In this document: in pieces, positions 1 through 13,620 of the stretch
Layout: every line of letters starts with the position of its first letter
Numbering within the stretch: position 1 is the first letter of the stretch
DNA from: Eledone cirrhosa
Taxonomy: Eukaryota
DNA length: 64,000 nt
Reading direction: 5' to 3'
Assembly: GCA_964016885.1 (NCBI GenBank)
Contig: OZ024741.1
Location: 351,974,001 to 352,038,000 of the forward strand
Notes under the pieces: model-generated
The model's input: the letters and a program-made list of their open reading frames with translations, nothing else
The model's database searches: none
What the model was told of the DNA's origin: nothing
Translations under genes and position numbers: made by a program

Positions 1-204
1 TTTTGCCGTGGCACCTCCACGACCACTTTGCAGTGGAATGATAGGGACCCCAGTCCCTATCATTTCATTTCTACAGCTGAGTAAACTGGAGCAATGTGAA
101 ATAAAGTGTCTTGCTCAAGGAAACAACACATCACCCAGTCTGAGAATTGAACTCACAACCTTTCGATTGCAAGCCCAATGCTCTAACCACTAAGCCATGT
201 GCCT

Positions 205-207
<3 letters not shown>
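1..207 (-). mobile_element. tRNA-derived SINE (family 1), head and core, cut by the window edge
   Basis: Near-identical to 54611-54810. Minus strand has a tRNA-like head (tggcttagtggttagagc...gagttcaattc) and the core ccttgagcaagacactt. Confidence 0.85.
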
Positions 208-244
<37 letters not shown>

Positions 245-886
245 CCATGAGACCGAAAAAATAATTCAGTGTTCTTTGTTTGCTCTGTAGTCTCTCAGAT
301 TTCTGTTTCCACACATTGACTAATAGGTACATATGTGTCTTGTAAATTATTTATTTGTCTATGTGATCACATTCATTGTTACATTTGTGTGTGTTTGTGT
401 GTGTGTGTGTGTTTGTGTGAGTATGTGTAGGTGTGTGCAACTATTGTCATATATGTCTGTGTCTGTGAAGGCAAGCGTTTGTAATGACTTCTCATAATGG
501 TGGACTAAACTTTTATCTACTAATTAATAATATGAGTATAAGCTTTTTTTAGTTCATGGTATTTGGTGGGAATTATTTTATGCAAACGAGCAAGTGTTTA
601 AAAGTACTTAAATCAAAACATTTTTACTGTAGAATGAACTATAAACATACACACACACATGCACACCCACACATATATATTAAGTATTTGAGAAACACCG
701 TCTATAAACTAGGTGATGTTTAAGAGAATACAAGTATGGGAGAGAAATAAAAAGGAAATTATATCTAATCGCCATTAGATGGAAATTCTCTTTCAAATTC
801 AGCAGAATTATCTGTGGAATTTCAGTCTGCTTTTCTACAAGATTATTATTATTATTTTTTCATGTCTACATTTATCTCTATATTCT

Positions 887-1802
887 CTCTATATATATAA
901 AACAGAAGATGTCTGTCTGTGTGTGTGTATGATTTTTATGCATTTCCACATTTCTCTACCGATATTGATGATTTTTTTCCAATGTGCTCCAAATTTACCA
1001 ACGATGGTCAACGTGTAATAAATTTTGCCAAAAATGTTCTGCTTCTATGAAAAAAATCGATAAAACTAAATACATGCTGTAACCCTCTCTCTTACACGCT
1101 TAATCCCTCTCTCTACTACCCCCCAAAATCGATAAAACTACATACATGTTGCAACTCTCTTTAAAAGGTTCATCCCTCCCTCTACTCCCCTCTCAATCTC
1201 CTCTGCAACTCTAACAGCGACAAAACTTCGTTCAGGAACGCAACATAAACTTTGAAAACTAAGCAACATTTATACAACAAACATAGTCATAATGACGCTC
1301 ACCATTACATTTTACATCAAATAACAAATAGTCAAAAGCAACAGATGAATTTATAGAACAACAAACGTAGTCATAACGACGCTTAAGCATTTATTTACTT
1401 GAATCTCAACAGACATATTTTATTGTTGTCCTTTTTGTAATTTTATTTCTTTGTTTTTAGCAATATGAAACAAAAAAATAATGAGAAAACTTTTTTCAAG
1501 AACGTCCGATTTTGATGATTTTTTTCCAGTGTGCTCCAAATTATCGCCCCTATTTACGCTCTTTTGTGCTATAACTCAGACGAGCTTGGCTTACAGGTTT
1601 GACCTACTATTTGACGTGCATTCTTCATACAACTTACTTAGTACTCACTTTCCACTTATTCACTGCTCAATTGAAATTTTTCGCCCCCCCCTCCTTGCTT
1701 ACCCATATTTACTTTCTTTGCCTCAATAATCATAATTGAGTGGAATCATTAAAAGTACTTTAAAGCAATTAAAATGCGAGCAACGCCAGGCACTTCTGCT
1801 AG
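887..1802 (+). mobile_element. Non-autonomous Helitron-like element
   Basis: 5' TC-tatatataaaacagaagatgt; 3' gcgagcaacgccaggcacttctgCTAG|T. Same terminal motifs at 17700-18082 and 31755-31782. Confidence 0.65.
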
Positions 1803-1927
1803 TTATATATATATATATGTGTGTATATATCCATACACATACATCTGTGTGTGTATGTGTGTGTGTATATATATATATATCCATGCCAGTGTGGAAAATT
1901 AAACGGTGATAATGATATATATATATG

Positions 1928-1971
<44 letters not shown>

Positions 1972-1974
<3 letters not shown>

Positions 1975-2829
1975 TCATCACCGTTTAACATTCATTTTGC
2001 TACGCTGGCATGGGTTAGAGAAGTTATCCTGTTGTGAGCAATGCCAGATCAGGTGACCATATTTTGCTCATACAGAACTGATTTGGGCTTGGTTTCTACA
2101 GCTGGATGCCCTTCCTAGCGCTAACCTCATTTACAGTGAGTGCTGGTTACTTTTTGACATGACACCAACACAACCAATTTACAGTATGGAATGGGTGCTT
2201 TTTGGTCGTGTCGCCATCACGATCACTTTACAATGTGGGCTGGAGGCTTCACTGGATGTATGCTTCGGCCTGTTCTCATAGTAGATGTATGGGAAGGGTG
2301 GGGTGATGCATACTAGTTATATGCTTCAGTATCGGCCTGTGTCCGTGGGGATTCTAGTCTTCTGTAATACTGTGTAATGCCAGAGATCTCGGTTCTGCGT
2401 CATTGCCTTTGTGAAGTGCAATTGAGCAAGGTCAGCTTTTATCACCTCATCATAAGTCTTCCTGGGTCTACCCACTCCACTGCTTCCATTGACTCTGAGC
2501 ATTCTACACCTTTTTTTACAGCTGCCATCCTTCATATGCATCACATGTCAATAATAATGCAATCTCCTCTCCTGCACACTGCATCTGATTCCTCTTATGC
2601 CTAGTTTCTCTCTCAGTGTCTTTATGCTCTGCCAATCATGTATATTATTACTATTACACATCCATTGAAGCATGCAAGCCTCATTTCTTTCCAATCTATG
2701 CAAGTCTTCTGCACACAGTGCCCAGGTCTCACTACCATGCAACATTGCTGTTTGAATATACACATTATACAGTCTCCCTTTCATTTTGAGAGAAAAGCCT
2801 ATTGTAGCTAGCAGTGATAGTAGCTCCAT
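1972..2829 (-). mobile_element. RTE-clade LINE 3' fragment (decayed)
   Basis: ORF pieces MLHGSETWALCAEDLHRLERNE and GVGRPRKTYDEVI; 3' UTR ending in (gat)n next to (TA)n. Confidence 0.9.
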
Positions 2830-3840
2830 GCCCTATCCATAAAGGGGGAAGCAGAGCAGAGGCTAAAAATTACAGGCCAGTCTCCCAGTAAGGTCATGGA
2901 ACGAATCATCAGATAGAAACTGATCATGCTCTCAAGGAAAATGATCGCCTAACTAACACTCAGCATCACTTTTGCCCAAGAAGAAGCTGTCTTGCACAGC
3001 TTTTACAACACTACGACTGAGTACTGAAACAAGTGCTGGGCAGCTCACATATGGACGTGATAGTCCTTCAAAACGGTCGACCATGGAATGATATGTCAAA
3101 AACTACACAAACTTTGCATAACTGGAAAAGTATGTGAGTGGCTGCATGACTTCTTAAAAGACAGAAGCCAGATTGTTGCAGCTAACGGGGCCCTCTCAAA
3201 AGAAATGTAAATAACAAGCGGTGTGCCCCAGGGCACAGTCTTGGGACCTTGACTGTTTTTGGTGGCTCTTTCAGACATGCCCTCTGTAGTACATACATCT
3301 CTCACTAGCTATCCTGGTGACACAAAGGTACCACAAGCAATCAAGAACCCGGCTGATGCTACTCTTTTGCAACAAGATCTGGATGCCATATACAAATGGG
3401 CTGAGGGCAATTTAATGCTGGAAAATTTCAAGCCCTACAATATCAACCTGCTAACACAACCTGGGTACAGACATGAGCAATGATGCATTGTTTTTTTCAC
3501 ACATCATGAGAGTGGTGAAAATGTGCAGACGATTTGCTGGCTGGAGCTTGAGGACTTTCAGGACAAGAGACTGAGAGACCATATTGGTACTATGAAGGAC
3601 ATTTGTTCTGAGCCGACTGGACTATTGCTCCCAACTGTGGTCACCCCAGAGTGTCAAACTAACCATGGAGCTTGAAGCAATCCAACGAAGCTACACCAAC
3701 AGAACTGCCACGATGAAGGCAATGAGCTACTGGAAGAGGCTAAAAGAACTAAAACTCTACTCCTTGGAATGAAGGCAGGAAAGATATGCAGTGATATACA
3801 TATGGAAGATCCTGGAGAGACTAGCACCAAACTTTGATGT
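2830..3840 (+). mobile_element. CR1/Jockey-group LINE reverse-transcriptase fragment (decayed)
   Basis: Frameshifted motifs NYRPVS, SGVPQGTVLGP and LQQDLDAIYKWAE. Confidence 0.8.
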
Positions 3841-4138
3841 ATTCCACCAGAGGCGCCCCAAAAATCTTTAACTTATCTTGACAAGACAAAATAATCAATG
3901 AAGAAGTCTATGGTAGAACCAATCAAAACCCATTAAGCATCACAGTGAAAGATCATCAACTGAGATTTCTTGGACATGTCTTTAAAATGTTATCTCCTTT
4001 AACTGGAAGCTAGAAGGTGGAAAAAGGAAACATGAGTGCCCATTAACAAAATGCAGAGGTCAGTCCTGAAGGATTTAGATGCAGATCTTTTGTTGCTGCC
4101 CAATGTTCCACATGGAATGTGAGGATCTAACTAACACT

Positions 4139-4667
<529 letters not shown>

Positions 4668-4679
4668 ATATATATAGCG

Positions 4680-5160
4680 TGTAGCATAGGAGAAAAGATA
4701 AGTGAACACTGGCGAGAACTCCAGGATAGGAAAAACTCATCAGTACTCCGCCAACATACCAAAATAGAACATAGGGGCACATTAGAGAACATAGAGATAA
4801 ACATTATATCCACACAACAAATATAAATGAACTCCACCCATAATTAAACAGAAAACATGAGTGGAATAGCAACATCACAACTAGTAATTAAGGACAAAAT
4901 GAAGACACACACACAGACACACACAAAAACCAAACTAACAAAACAAATCAGACACACACACAGATAGAACAAGTAAATATAAACACAAACACACACACCC
5001 GGATGTAATGCATGCGCAAACTAAGCACAACACACAAAAACAAGATGGTGTAGGACCGAACAAAGGAGAGACACACAAAATAAAAACCTAGTCACTGAGG
5101 AGGTCACAGAATGTGTGATGAAAGAGCTTTGACAATATATAAACAATCTTCAGGGTTATT
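4680..5160 (+). mobile_element. Penelope-like element 3' remnant (GIY-YIG C-terminal part plus hammerhead region)
   Basis: IGEKISEHWRELQDRKNSSVLRQHTKIEH resembles the PLE GIY-YIG R..EH...S....H...H motif; followed by a hammerhead at 5091-5133. Confidence 0.7.
5091..5133 (+). ncRNA. Minimal type I hammerhead ribozyme motif
   Basis: gtca-CTGAGGA-ggtcacagaatgtgtgat-GAAA-gagc-TT-tgac; stem I gtca/tgac. Confidence 0.75.
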
Positions 5161-6310
5161 GGTTATCAAACCAACCAACCAACCAACCCGAAACTTATAA
5201 TAAATTGAAGACACACACACACACATATAGCATTAGGAAAGGAATCCACGCCTATAGAAACTGGACCAAAAATAAAAGTATGAGCAAAAGTTGGTCCTGT
5301 AACCTCTCTATCTTGAACTGTGATGACCTGCCCACCCATGGCATGAGAAGTGAATGCAAAATCATAAAGATGGTGATATATGCAGATACACATACATTCC
5401 TACAGACACACATTCCTGTATTTCTTGTACTTGTTTCAATCATATATATATATATATACATACATTCATTCATTCATTCATTTTATTAAGGCTAAATAGT
5501 GAGTCTTATTACTCTGGAGTTTCATCTATTTATTACAGGGTCATCTCAATAGTAGACAGTATAAATAAAGGGATGGAATGAGAGGGGGGTAACTGAGGAG
5601 GGGTAATGAAGATAGGGGGGTAGTGGCAGTTGGGGGGGGGGGATAGAGCTTTCTACTGGGCAAGGCAATGATAATGGGCATTGCCATAAAATGGTTTTAA
5701 TTGGTCATTGGCAGCAGGTGATGAATGTGAAGGTGGATGTGTTAGTGAAAAGGAGGAAAATTTTGGTGGAATTGGCAGAATAAAGTGGTAGAGGGAATAT
5801 CTATACAAACATACATATCGATACAATTACACATGTAGCATAGATACATAATATATCAATATACATATAAATATATACTAAATATACTTTCAGAGATGCT
5901 TACATATATATAAACAAGAATACATATAGATATAAAAAACATACAAAAAGTATACAAAGTACATATATGCACATGTAAACACACACATATATATATATAA
6001 AGAGAGAGAGAAGAGGAGGGAGGGAGGGAGAGAGGGGGAAAGAGAAAGAGTTAGTTCCACAACAAATTAGCAAACCACATTACAAGACAAGTGTGTTCTA
6101 CCAACTTAAGATATACCCCCCTGCGGGGGAGGGGGGTTAATGCTATATATATGTATATGTGTATGTATATGAATGTATGTGTATATATGTATATAACCAA
6201 ATGAAAAAGGTATATGTATACACAGTATATTGTATATATACCAAATACATATTCCATATATTGTCTTATGTACCATCTTCATTCTATATTTCTCTTAGAA
6301 TGGCGAGACA

Positions 6311-6463
6311 AACCTCTGATGAGTACCCGACTCTCCTGTGGTTTAATTATAATTGATAATTTGTCTTCGATGATCGATTATATTGATTGATTTTTTCGAT
6401 GATCGATTACATAGATTGATTTTGAGCTACGGAGAACTGCAGGTACAGAAATGTGTTCAGTGT
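6311..6463 (+). ncRNA. Hammerhead-like motif with very long stem II
   Basis: CTGATGA-gtacc...~115 nt...ggtac-a-GAAA-tgtgt-TC-ag; inner pairing tctcctgtggttt / gagctacggaga; stem I weak. Confidence 0.45.
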
Positions 6464-6999
6464 GGCCTGCTCAGACACACTGGGTATGACCATCTGCCTG
6501 AAGGTCGAGATGTTGACCTTAACCAGGGCCACCTTGATTGACACCAGAATTGGGGAGACCGAGGGCAAGTAGAGCAAAATAAAACAATCGCTCCCAATCA
6601 CTGCGTCCAAGGCTTTGCAGATTGAGGCTGCAAGGGTACCAGCCACAGGCTCCCGGGCTGTTTTCTGGATCGTAAGGAGGCTCTTGCGAAGTTGTCTGAG
6701 CCAAGTGATATTGACTAGTGAGGGTTGGGCATCGGACAGGCATGTTGAAATATAATGTATGACATATAAGAGTGGTGAAATATATGAAACAGATTGTTTT
6801 GATAATGGATTACTCGTAGACAATGAGGCATAAGAGGTGACAGTGGTTGCCGAGATATAGAGTCTAGATGGGGTGGGGGGTGTCTTCCGGCATTTGTACA
6901 ATTTGGTGCACATCGTTATCTGATAGGTATTCTGTGAAGCAGTATCCAGGGTACTGTCCAGTGAGTAGATACGTTTGAAGTGACACAAGCTGAAGTTTT

Positions 7000-7340
7000 T
7001 TGTGGGTAAGCAGGAGGACAGTGTTTCCTCCCAAGAGATCAAGATGTTAGTTAATAAGGCTAAGATATTTAGTTTTTCAGTGTTACATAAATGGCACCTT
7101 GTGCCTTGTCCATTGTAGGCATTCGCCACAATACTCCATTTGATGGTAAGGTTTGTCATCCTGTTTTATATATAAAGCAGAAGTACAGGGAAAATTTTAC
7201 ATTAGAGTGACTGAAAATACATTTAAATCCCACTTCTCTCAACATCTGCATATGTTGAATAACAGACGATTGCAGAATTCAACATCTGTCAAAATATATT
7301 TGCAAATTGAAAGACAGTGGGATATGTAACAAGATTCACT
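7000..7340. mobile_element. Penelope-like GIY-YIG remnants in opposite orientations
   Basis: Plus strand from ~7165: YKAEVQGKFYIRVTENTFKSHFSQH. Minus strand below 7159: IKWSIVANAYNGQGTRCHLCNTEKLNIL (CxLC.EK motif). Confidence 0.7.
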
Positions 7341-7481
7341 ATTTAGCCATAATAAAATGAATATTTAACTCTACTTTGGTATTCAGTACTCTTTTCTCTC
7401 AGCCATCAACCGCGCGTGCGTGCGCGTGTGTGTTTAAAAGAGTCGAAGACAATGTTGCAGCATATGTACAAACTTTATTTG

Positions 7482-7568
7482 CATATGACAATTATTTCGA
7501 TATCAATCAACTCAGGGTACAATCAAGGTGATGGGGCCCAACTCTTTATTGAGATCGCATCAGATATA
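7482..7568 (-). ncRNA. Degenerate type I hammerhead motif
   Basis: Minus strand: atat-CTGATGc-gatctcaat...attgatatc-GAAA-taattg-TC-atat; one core substitution. Confidence 0.5.
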
Positions 7569-7789
7569 TGAGCAAAGATGCATCTAAACTAAATATAACT
7601 GTTGTTACACACCTGACACAAACACATATATATATATCATCATCATCGCCTAATGTCTATTTTCCAGGCTAAATGATGATGATGAAACCCATATTGTTAT
7701 ACACACACACACCCACATACATACATATAACTTGTATTATGGTTGGTGATAGGAAGAGCTTCCACCCATGAAGAGCTGTCTAAGCAAAC

Positions 7790-8142
7790 AAACAAAGGGT
7801 CAAGAGGACCCTTCAGTTGTATCATAGACATCACAACCTCCGTAGTGTTGGTGATCCACATAATAAATGCACCCAGTACACACAGTAAAGTGGTTAGTGA
7901 TAGGAAGGGCATCCAACCATAGAAAACTTGCCAAACAAAAAGTCAGGAGGACCCTCCAGTAGTGTCAAAGGCATGACAACCTCTGAGCACTATATGGAGT
8001 GCGAGACCATTCATAAGTGCACAGGTCCTTGACCTGCCTGGGAGATCAGTAGCTCTGCTCTATTACTGCCTTTGTGTATACGGACCCGCCCAACCCTTGC
8101 TAGCAGGGAAAGCAGACACTACAATGACAATGTTGATGATGA
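7790..8142 (+). mobile_element. RTE 3' UTR / SINE-tail fragment
   Basis: aggaagggcatccaaccatagaaa and cccttgctagcagggaaag...gatgatga next to (TA)n. Confidence 0.6.
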
Positions 8143-9224
8143 TATATATATATCTTAATTTTATTATAGACTAGAACTGTTTCTTTCATAAAAATATATA
8201 TCTACATACATTATTTTACATGCACACACACGCACACACATATACATATATATACACACATTTTTTCTTAGCAATTCATTATCACATCATTGTCATTATC
8301 ATAATCATTAAGAAAACTTTTTCTAATTCCATTGTGCGCTGTTTATCAACTTGTGTCTTATATAACATTATCATTATCAGGCTAATTAATTATCAATTAG
8401 AAATGGTAAGTGCACTAAACTAAATATTATCAATATGATTTTACATTTACTTTACATATTAGCATGGGTTGGATGGGTTGTCACAATCTGTGACTAGACA
8501 GGTCAAAGAAACCTAATCTTGTTCATATGTTCCATATTTTTCTATGGCTGGACACGTCTTCCTAACGCCAGCCATCTTACAGAGTGCCACTAGTTGCATT
8601 TTATTGGGGCATCAGCATTTTTATCACCCTTCCTATCACCAACCACTTTACAGAGTGTACTGGGTAGCACTATATTTCCTTTTTGCCCTTAGTCCTTATG
8701 TTCTGCATAGAAGAGGGCAATTTTATCTTCTTTTCCTCTGTTATTACATTTCACACCTATGTAGGTTTAGCTGGCCTCTTATGAGGTTGCATCTCGCAGG
8801 TCTTTTGGGTTATTTAATGATAGACATTCACACAATCATGTTTCTTTACCCTTGGTGTCAATAAATTCCTTTCATTTTTTTTTAAATTGGAAATACTGGT
8901 GCCATGATAAAATGCATCCAGTATACTCTGTAAAGTGGTAGTACTGTTGTGATGATAACTACACCCAGTACACTTTTTAAAGTGGTAATGCTAGTGTCGG
9001 ATAAATACACCTATATCACCATTATCAACACCACTATCAACATTACCCCCACCACCATCAACATTAGCAGCATTAACATCACTAATCTTAATGCCTGAAT
9101 ATCTTCCATCACACAAACCAGTGTAAAGACCACCCTCTCTCCAAAACAGATGCCCCCTAAGTTGAAATCATTCATGCATAACTTGAGAAAAGGAGGGGGT
9201 CCAACCCAGCTAGAAAGCTGTGAA

Positions 9225-9415
9225 CAATAATTGTTTCTACTTTTGGCACAAGGCCAGCAATTACCCAGTGCATTACTGGTACTTTATTTTATCGACCCCG
9301 TAAGGATGAAAGGCAAAGCTAACCTCGGTGGGATTTGAACTCAGAATGGCATGGGCCGTAACTCTATGCGTCAAAGCATGGCGTCCAACCCTCTACCGAT
9401 ACTGCCAATCCACGA
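9225..9415 (-). mobile_element. tRNA-derived SINE (family 2, Nin-domain-like core)
   Basis: Core gcctttcatccttacggggtcgataaaataaagtaccag; related copies at 29163-29330, 52430-52560 and 53915-54060. Confidence 0.75.
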
Positions 9416-10029
9416 ACAATAATGATAACATGAGGGTGAGGGAATTTTTGATAGCTTTTGCAGGATGGAGTTGTATAGCCACAGAACAGCTCTGCTTGAA
9501 TAGAGACCTATGATTAATGACATTCCAGCCATGGCCATCTTCTGTTATTTTCAGGCAGAGTATGTATAACTCCAAGACAACCTTGCTTGAATAGGGACTT
9601 TTGATCAGACATTTCAGACATGCCCATCTAGTCATGTATTCAGACAGAGTATCTATAGGTTCATGGCAGCACTGGTTGAAGAGAGACTGAGTGGTGCATT
9701 ATGTCCTTGAGCAAGACACTTCATTTCATGTTACTTCAGTTCATTCAGCTGAAAATGAGTTGCAGCAGCAACTGTAGCTGTGGGTTAATATTACAATGGT
9801 ATTTGGCTGCTATTTCTAGCAGGTGGATGAGCCATGTCATGTAGCAGTTTCTCTGTTGGTTTTACAGGAAAGTTACTCTCTGTATATCATGTAGCAGTTT
9901 TTCTGTTGGTCTTACAGTATAAGTATTCTGTTGATTTGCTGCTGCTGACTCAGGTTGTTGTCATTTGTCTGATCGAGATCAGAGATCAGTGGTAAGTTTT
10001 CAAGGCCCACCATGAGGAGGTCAACAAAT

Positions 10030-10470
10030 GTCATAAAGAGTATCACACACAGAGGTTGGTAACCAAGGCCTCAGTAGACCAGTCATCCACTCCATGACAT
10101 GACTGAGAATTCTCAGCTACTGGGCCAACATCACTTGATGTCGTGTCACCCTTTCTCTCATCATGCAGCAAAACTGCGAGACTCAGATTTCAATATGCTT
10201 CAAACATGGAGAGCTAGCTGGCAATAAACATCTTGATCTGCCCAACTGAATGCCAACCTAATTTGGCCCTTCCCTTTAGGAGAGAGTGGGTGTCACTGAA
10301 TCAGCTATGCACAGGTGTCAAATGAGTCAATGCAACCATGCATCACTTGGGGTTGTGTCCATCAGCAGCTTGCCAGTGAGGATTGCTAAAACAGACTGCT
10401 GAACATATATTCAGTATGCTGAGTACTGTCCACCTGAGAATATGGACTTCACACACCCTAATTTTATGAC
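10030..10470 (+). mobile_element. Vingi/Ingi-like LINE C-terminal fragment
   Basis: Translates to RREWVSLNQLCTGV..NATMHHLGLCPSAAC...QTAEHI, like the W.TLNRLRTG / C.CG..EQT.EHI terminus of this group. Confidence 0.6.
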
Positions 10471-10544
10471 CATGTCTGGTTACAACACATGGGGGACATC
10501 ATATAATAGCAGTTGTCTGATATGGGAGGAGGAGGAGAAGAAGA

Positions 10545-10628
10545 AGAACCATCATCACCACCATCATCATCATTACCACCATTATCTTCATCACTATCAC
10601 CATCAGCATCACCACCACCATTATCACA
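10545..10628. repeat. (CAT/CAC)n trinucleotide repeat
   Basis: catcatcaccaccatcat... run. Confidence 0.9.
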
Positions 10629-11929
10629 AATATCCCCATGAAACCATAAGCATTGATTGTTACATGATTTTCCTTGCAGGCATGAGTTGGATTGTAGTTT
10701 TTGAGGCAGTATTTTTAAGACTGGATGCCCTTCATGACACTGACCTCTTTCAGTCACCTCTAACAGCAACACACAAGGATATGATTGGACCTATTTTGAA
10801 AACCAGTAAACTCTGCAAAGTAGTAGTGTTGGTGCCATGATGAATATACCCAGTACACTGTATGTTATGATGGCATGACACACCTGTTTTGTATATCTGT
10901 ACAAAACGAGGGTAGCACCCAAGGTATTCACCAGGCGTAATTCTGAACTACCAACAAGAGACTACAACGAGACTCCATACACAGTTTCCCTGACAATTCA
11001 CTTCAGTTTTTATTCATAGTTTCGCCTAGTCCACTTTTAGTTACACAGGCGCATTCAGGGTTTTTAACCTACAATACTGTAAAATATAAGTCATTGGTAC
11101 ATAATTGAAAATGTGTGTATAAATGAAAATTATATTGACATCTCATACATATGCAAGTTTAACTGGCTTCTTACAAGGTTGTATCGGAAAAGGAGGTTTC
11201 TTGGATGTTTTAATAAGGGATCCTGTCATGAAAAAGTATGTGAAATGAAGTGTTTTGCTAAAGAACACAATGCACCACCCAGTCACAGAATTGAAGCAAT
11301 GACTTATAATTGTAAATGGAATGCACTAACCATTAAGCCATGCTTTTGTATATGTCTTCATGTTAACATAGATACCATTTGTTTATGTTCTGCAAATTAG
11401 CAATTAGACAGGTGAAGATCAATGGAATATGTATCACACTCAAAAGATAAGTAAAGTTTGGCATCAGGAAGGGCATTTGCCTTTATATGTAAACCACTGC
11501 CTCAAGATAAGTACCACCCGACCCATGTCGAGCATGGAAAAACAGCTATGACAATGATGATGATGTGTTTTAAGTCATGAAACCGAGCACTTTTTACAAA
11601 GAATTATACTTGTAAGCTCTACACTCCACTGTTTATCTATGCCAAAAATATAATATACAAATATATAAATAAAACATTTATTGGTGGTTATTTGAAATGA
11701 GAAGTGAAGTTTTATGGTCTAGTAAAAGTGTTAGACTCACTGTCATAATGTTATGAATCTGATTTCTGAATCATGTCAACCATTGTATCCTTTAGCAATG
11801 TGCTTCATTTCACAATGCTCCAGTCTACTCAACTGAAAAAAGAAAGAGAGGACAAGCAGCAGCATCTGTGGGTGGTGTTAACTCTTGCAATGGGTCTTTA
11901 CATGATATGCCTTTGGTTCCTACCATTAA

Positions 11930-12149
11930 CTCTTTAGCATTTAAACCAGCCAAATCCAGTCAGAATTCTCTCACTTCTTTCTGTCCAAACCGGCCATAAC
12001 TGGCTGCTCATACTTATGTTACAGTATTTTTCTCAAAATAATTATATCAAAATCTCGTAGATTTGATATTATGTGAGATAATTATGTGAAATAGTGTTTA
12101 CAGTGAAAATACAATTATAAATATATAGTGTAATGTAAGTTGCAAAGGG
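11930..12149 (+). mobile_element. piggyBac-type MITE (family 1)
   Basis: TTAA|ctctttagcatt...aaaggg|TTAA; homologous to 18264-18469. Confidence 0.75.
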
Positions 12150-12435
12150 TTAAAACACCTGAGAAACCTCATATGAGATACAATCTCATGGGAGGCCAGC
12201 TAAGCCTATATAGATGTGAGCTGTAACATGATAAGACTAGGGCCCCTATCATTAAAACACCGGAGAAACCTCCTGTGAGATACAACCTTGTGGGAGGCCA
12301 GTTAAACCTACATAGGAGAGAGCCCCTATCATTAAAACACATGAAAAGCCACCTATGAGTTGTGTGAAAAATAAAGAAATTATGGTGAAGAGATAGAAGA
12401 GGAGAGAGGCTTTTTTTTCTGCATTGTCTGTTTAA

Positions 12436-12656
12436 CTCTTTAACATTTAAACCGGCTGTATCCACCCAGAATTCTCTCACTTTTTTCTGTTCAAACCGGC
12501 AATAACCAGCTGCTCATACTGGTGTTAATGTATTGTTCTCAAAACAAATAACATCAAAATCTCATAGAATTGATATTATGTGAGATAATTATGTAAGATA
12601 AAGCCTTTACCACAAAAATACAATAGTAAATATAGAGTAATGTAAATGCTAAAGGG
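12436..12656 (+). mobile_element. piggyBac-type MITE (family 1)
   Basis: TTAA|ctctttaacatt...aatgctaaaggg|ttga. Confidence 0.72.
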
Positions 12657-13289
12657 TTGATGTAGAATGGATAATCAGATAGATAAGAGAGATTGATGGA
12701 ATAAAATGTAGGGTATATTCAAAAATATAATGGCTTGTGTGTGTGTGTGTTTAAATTTATTAAATTTCACTCACAAGGCAATGGGCAGTGGGGTTGCAGG
12801 GGAGGGCATGGAAGTAGAGAGATAGGATAAAGAGAAGGTTTATATATATATATATTGAAAGGAAGAGGAGAGGTAAAGCGATAGAGGAGAGGTAAAGCAA
12901 TAGAGGAAGAGACAGAGAGACATAGAGAATGGAGATACAGAGAAAGAGAAAAAGGTAGAGACATGCAGGGAGAGAAATATAGAGGGATAGAGTGGCGATA
13001 TGGAGATAAGGCCATTGCTATCATCTAAGCAGCAGTCTAGGGCACAGATCTCAAAGCAGTACAGTACTAAGCCTTAAAAGATCAGTTTTATACAAATTTG
13101 GATAATTAAATATATATTTGAAAATAATATTCTTTATATGAGTCTTGCTACTCTGAAGTTCCACTTCACAGGATTATCAGACAAAACAAACTAGGAAATA
13201 TAAGTTCTTTAACGAATATATAATCATTAATCACTATGTTCCTGCAACTGGTGCAGCCAGTCATTAGGATGCTACTCTAGACGCTTTTG

Positions 13290-13620
13290 CAATCAGCCGT
13301 CACCATTAATCTCTATTCTCAATCATGCATAGAAGAGTCTCAGTGTTGTGACCAGTACAGTCTTTGATGTTGTCAGACCAAGATTTTCTTTGTCTGCCTC
13401 TTCTTTGCTCTCCCTTGATTGTGCCTTGAAGGATGGTTTTGGACAAGGAGATGTTGCAGGATATATGACCATACCAGGCAAGCTTCCATCTTTTCACTAT
13501 CACAAGGAGTGGTTCCTGTCCACCAGCATATTTATTAATTTGCTGTCTGACAAAGCTATTTTTTTTTTTCCACTTGTGCTCAAATGACTGCTGTCCAACT
13601 CTCACACTCATACAAAAGGA
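13290..13620 (-). mobile_element. RTE/BovB-like LINE 3' fragment
   Basis: KLAWYGHISC...SKTILQGTIKGEQRRGRQRKSWSDNIKD. Confidence 0.8.

Noticed and set aside
6407-7159. 250-aa ORF as a host gene
   Set aside because: Only the first ~35 aa resemble PLE GIY-YIG; the rest has no recognisable domain.
10442-10840. Poly-His ORF
   Set aside because: A (CAT/CAC)n repeat joined to TE fragments; no splice or domain support.
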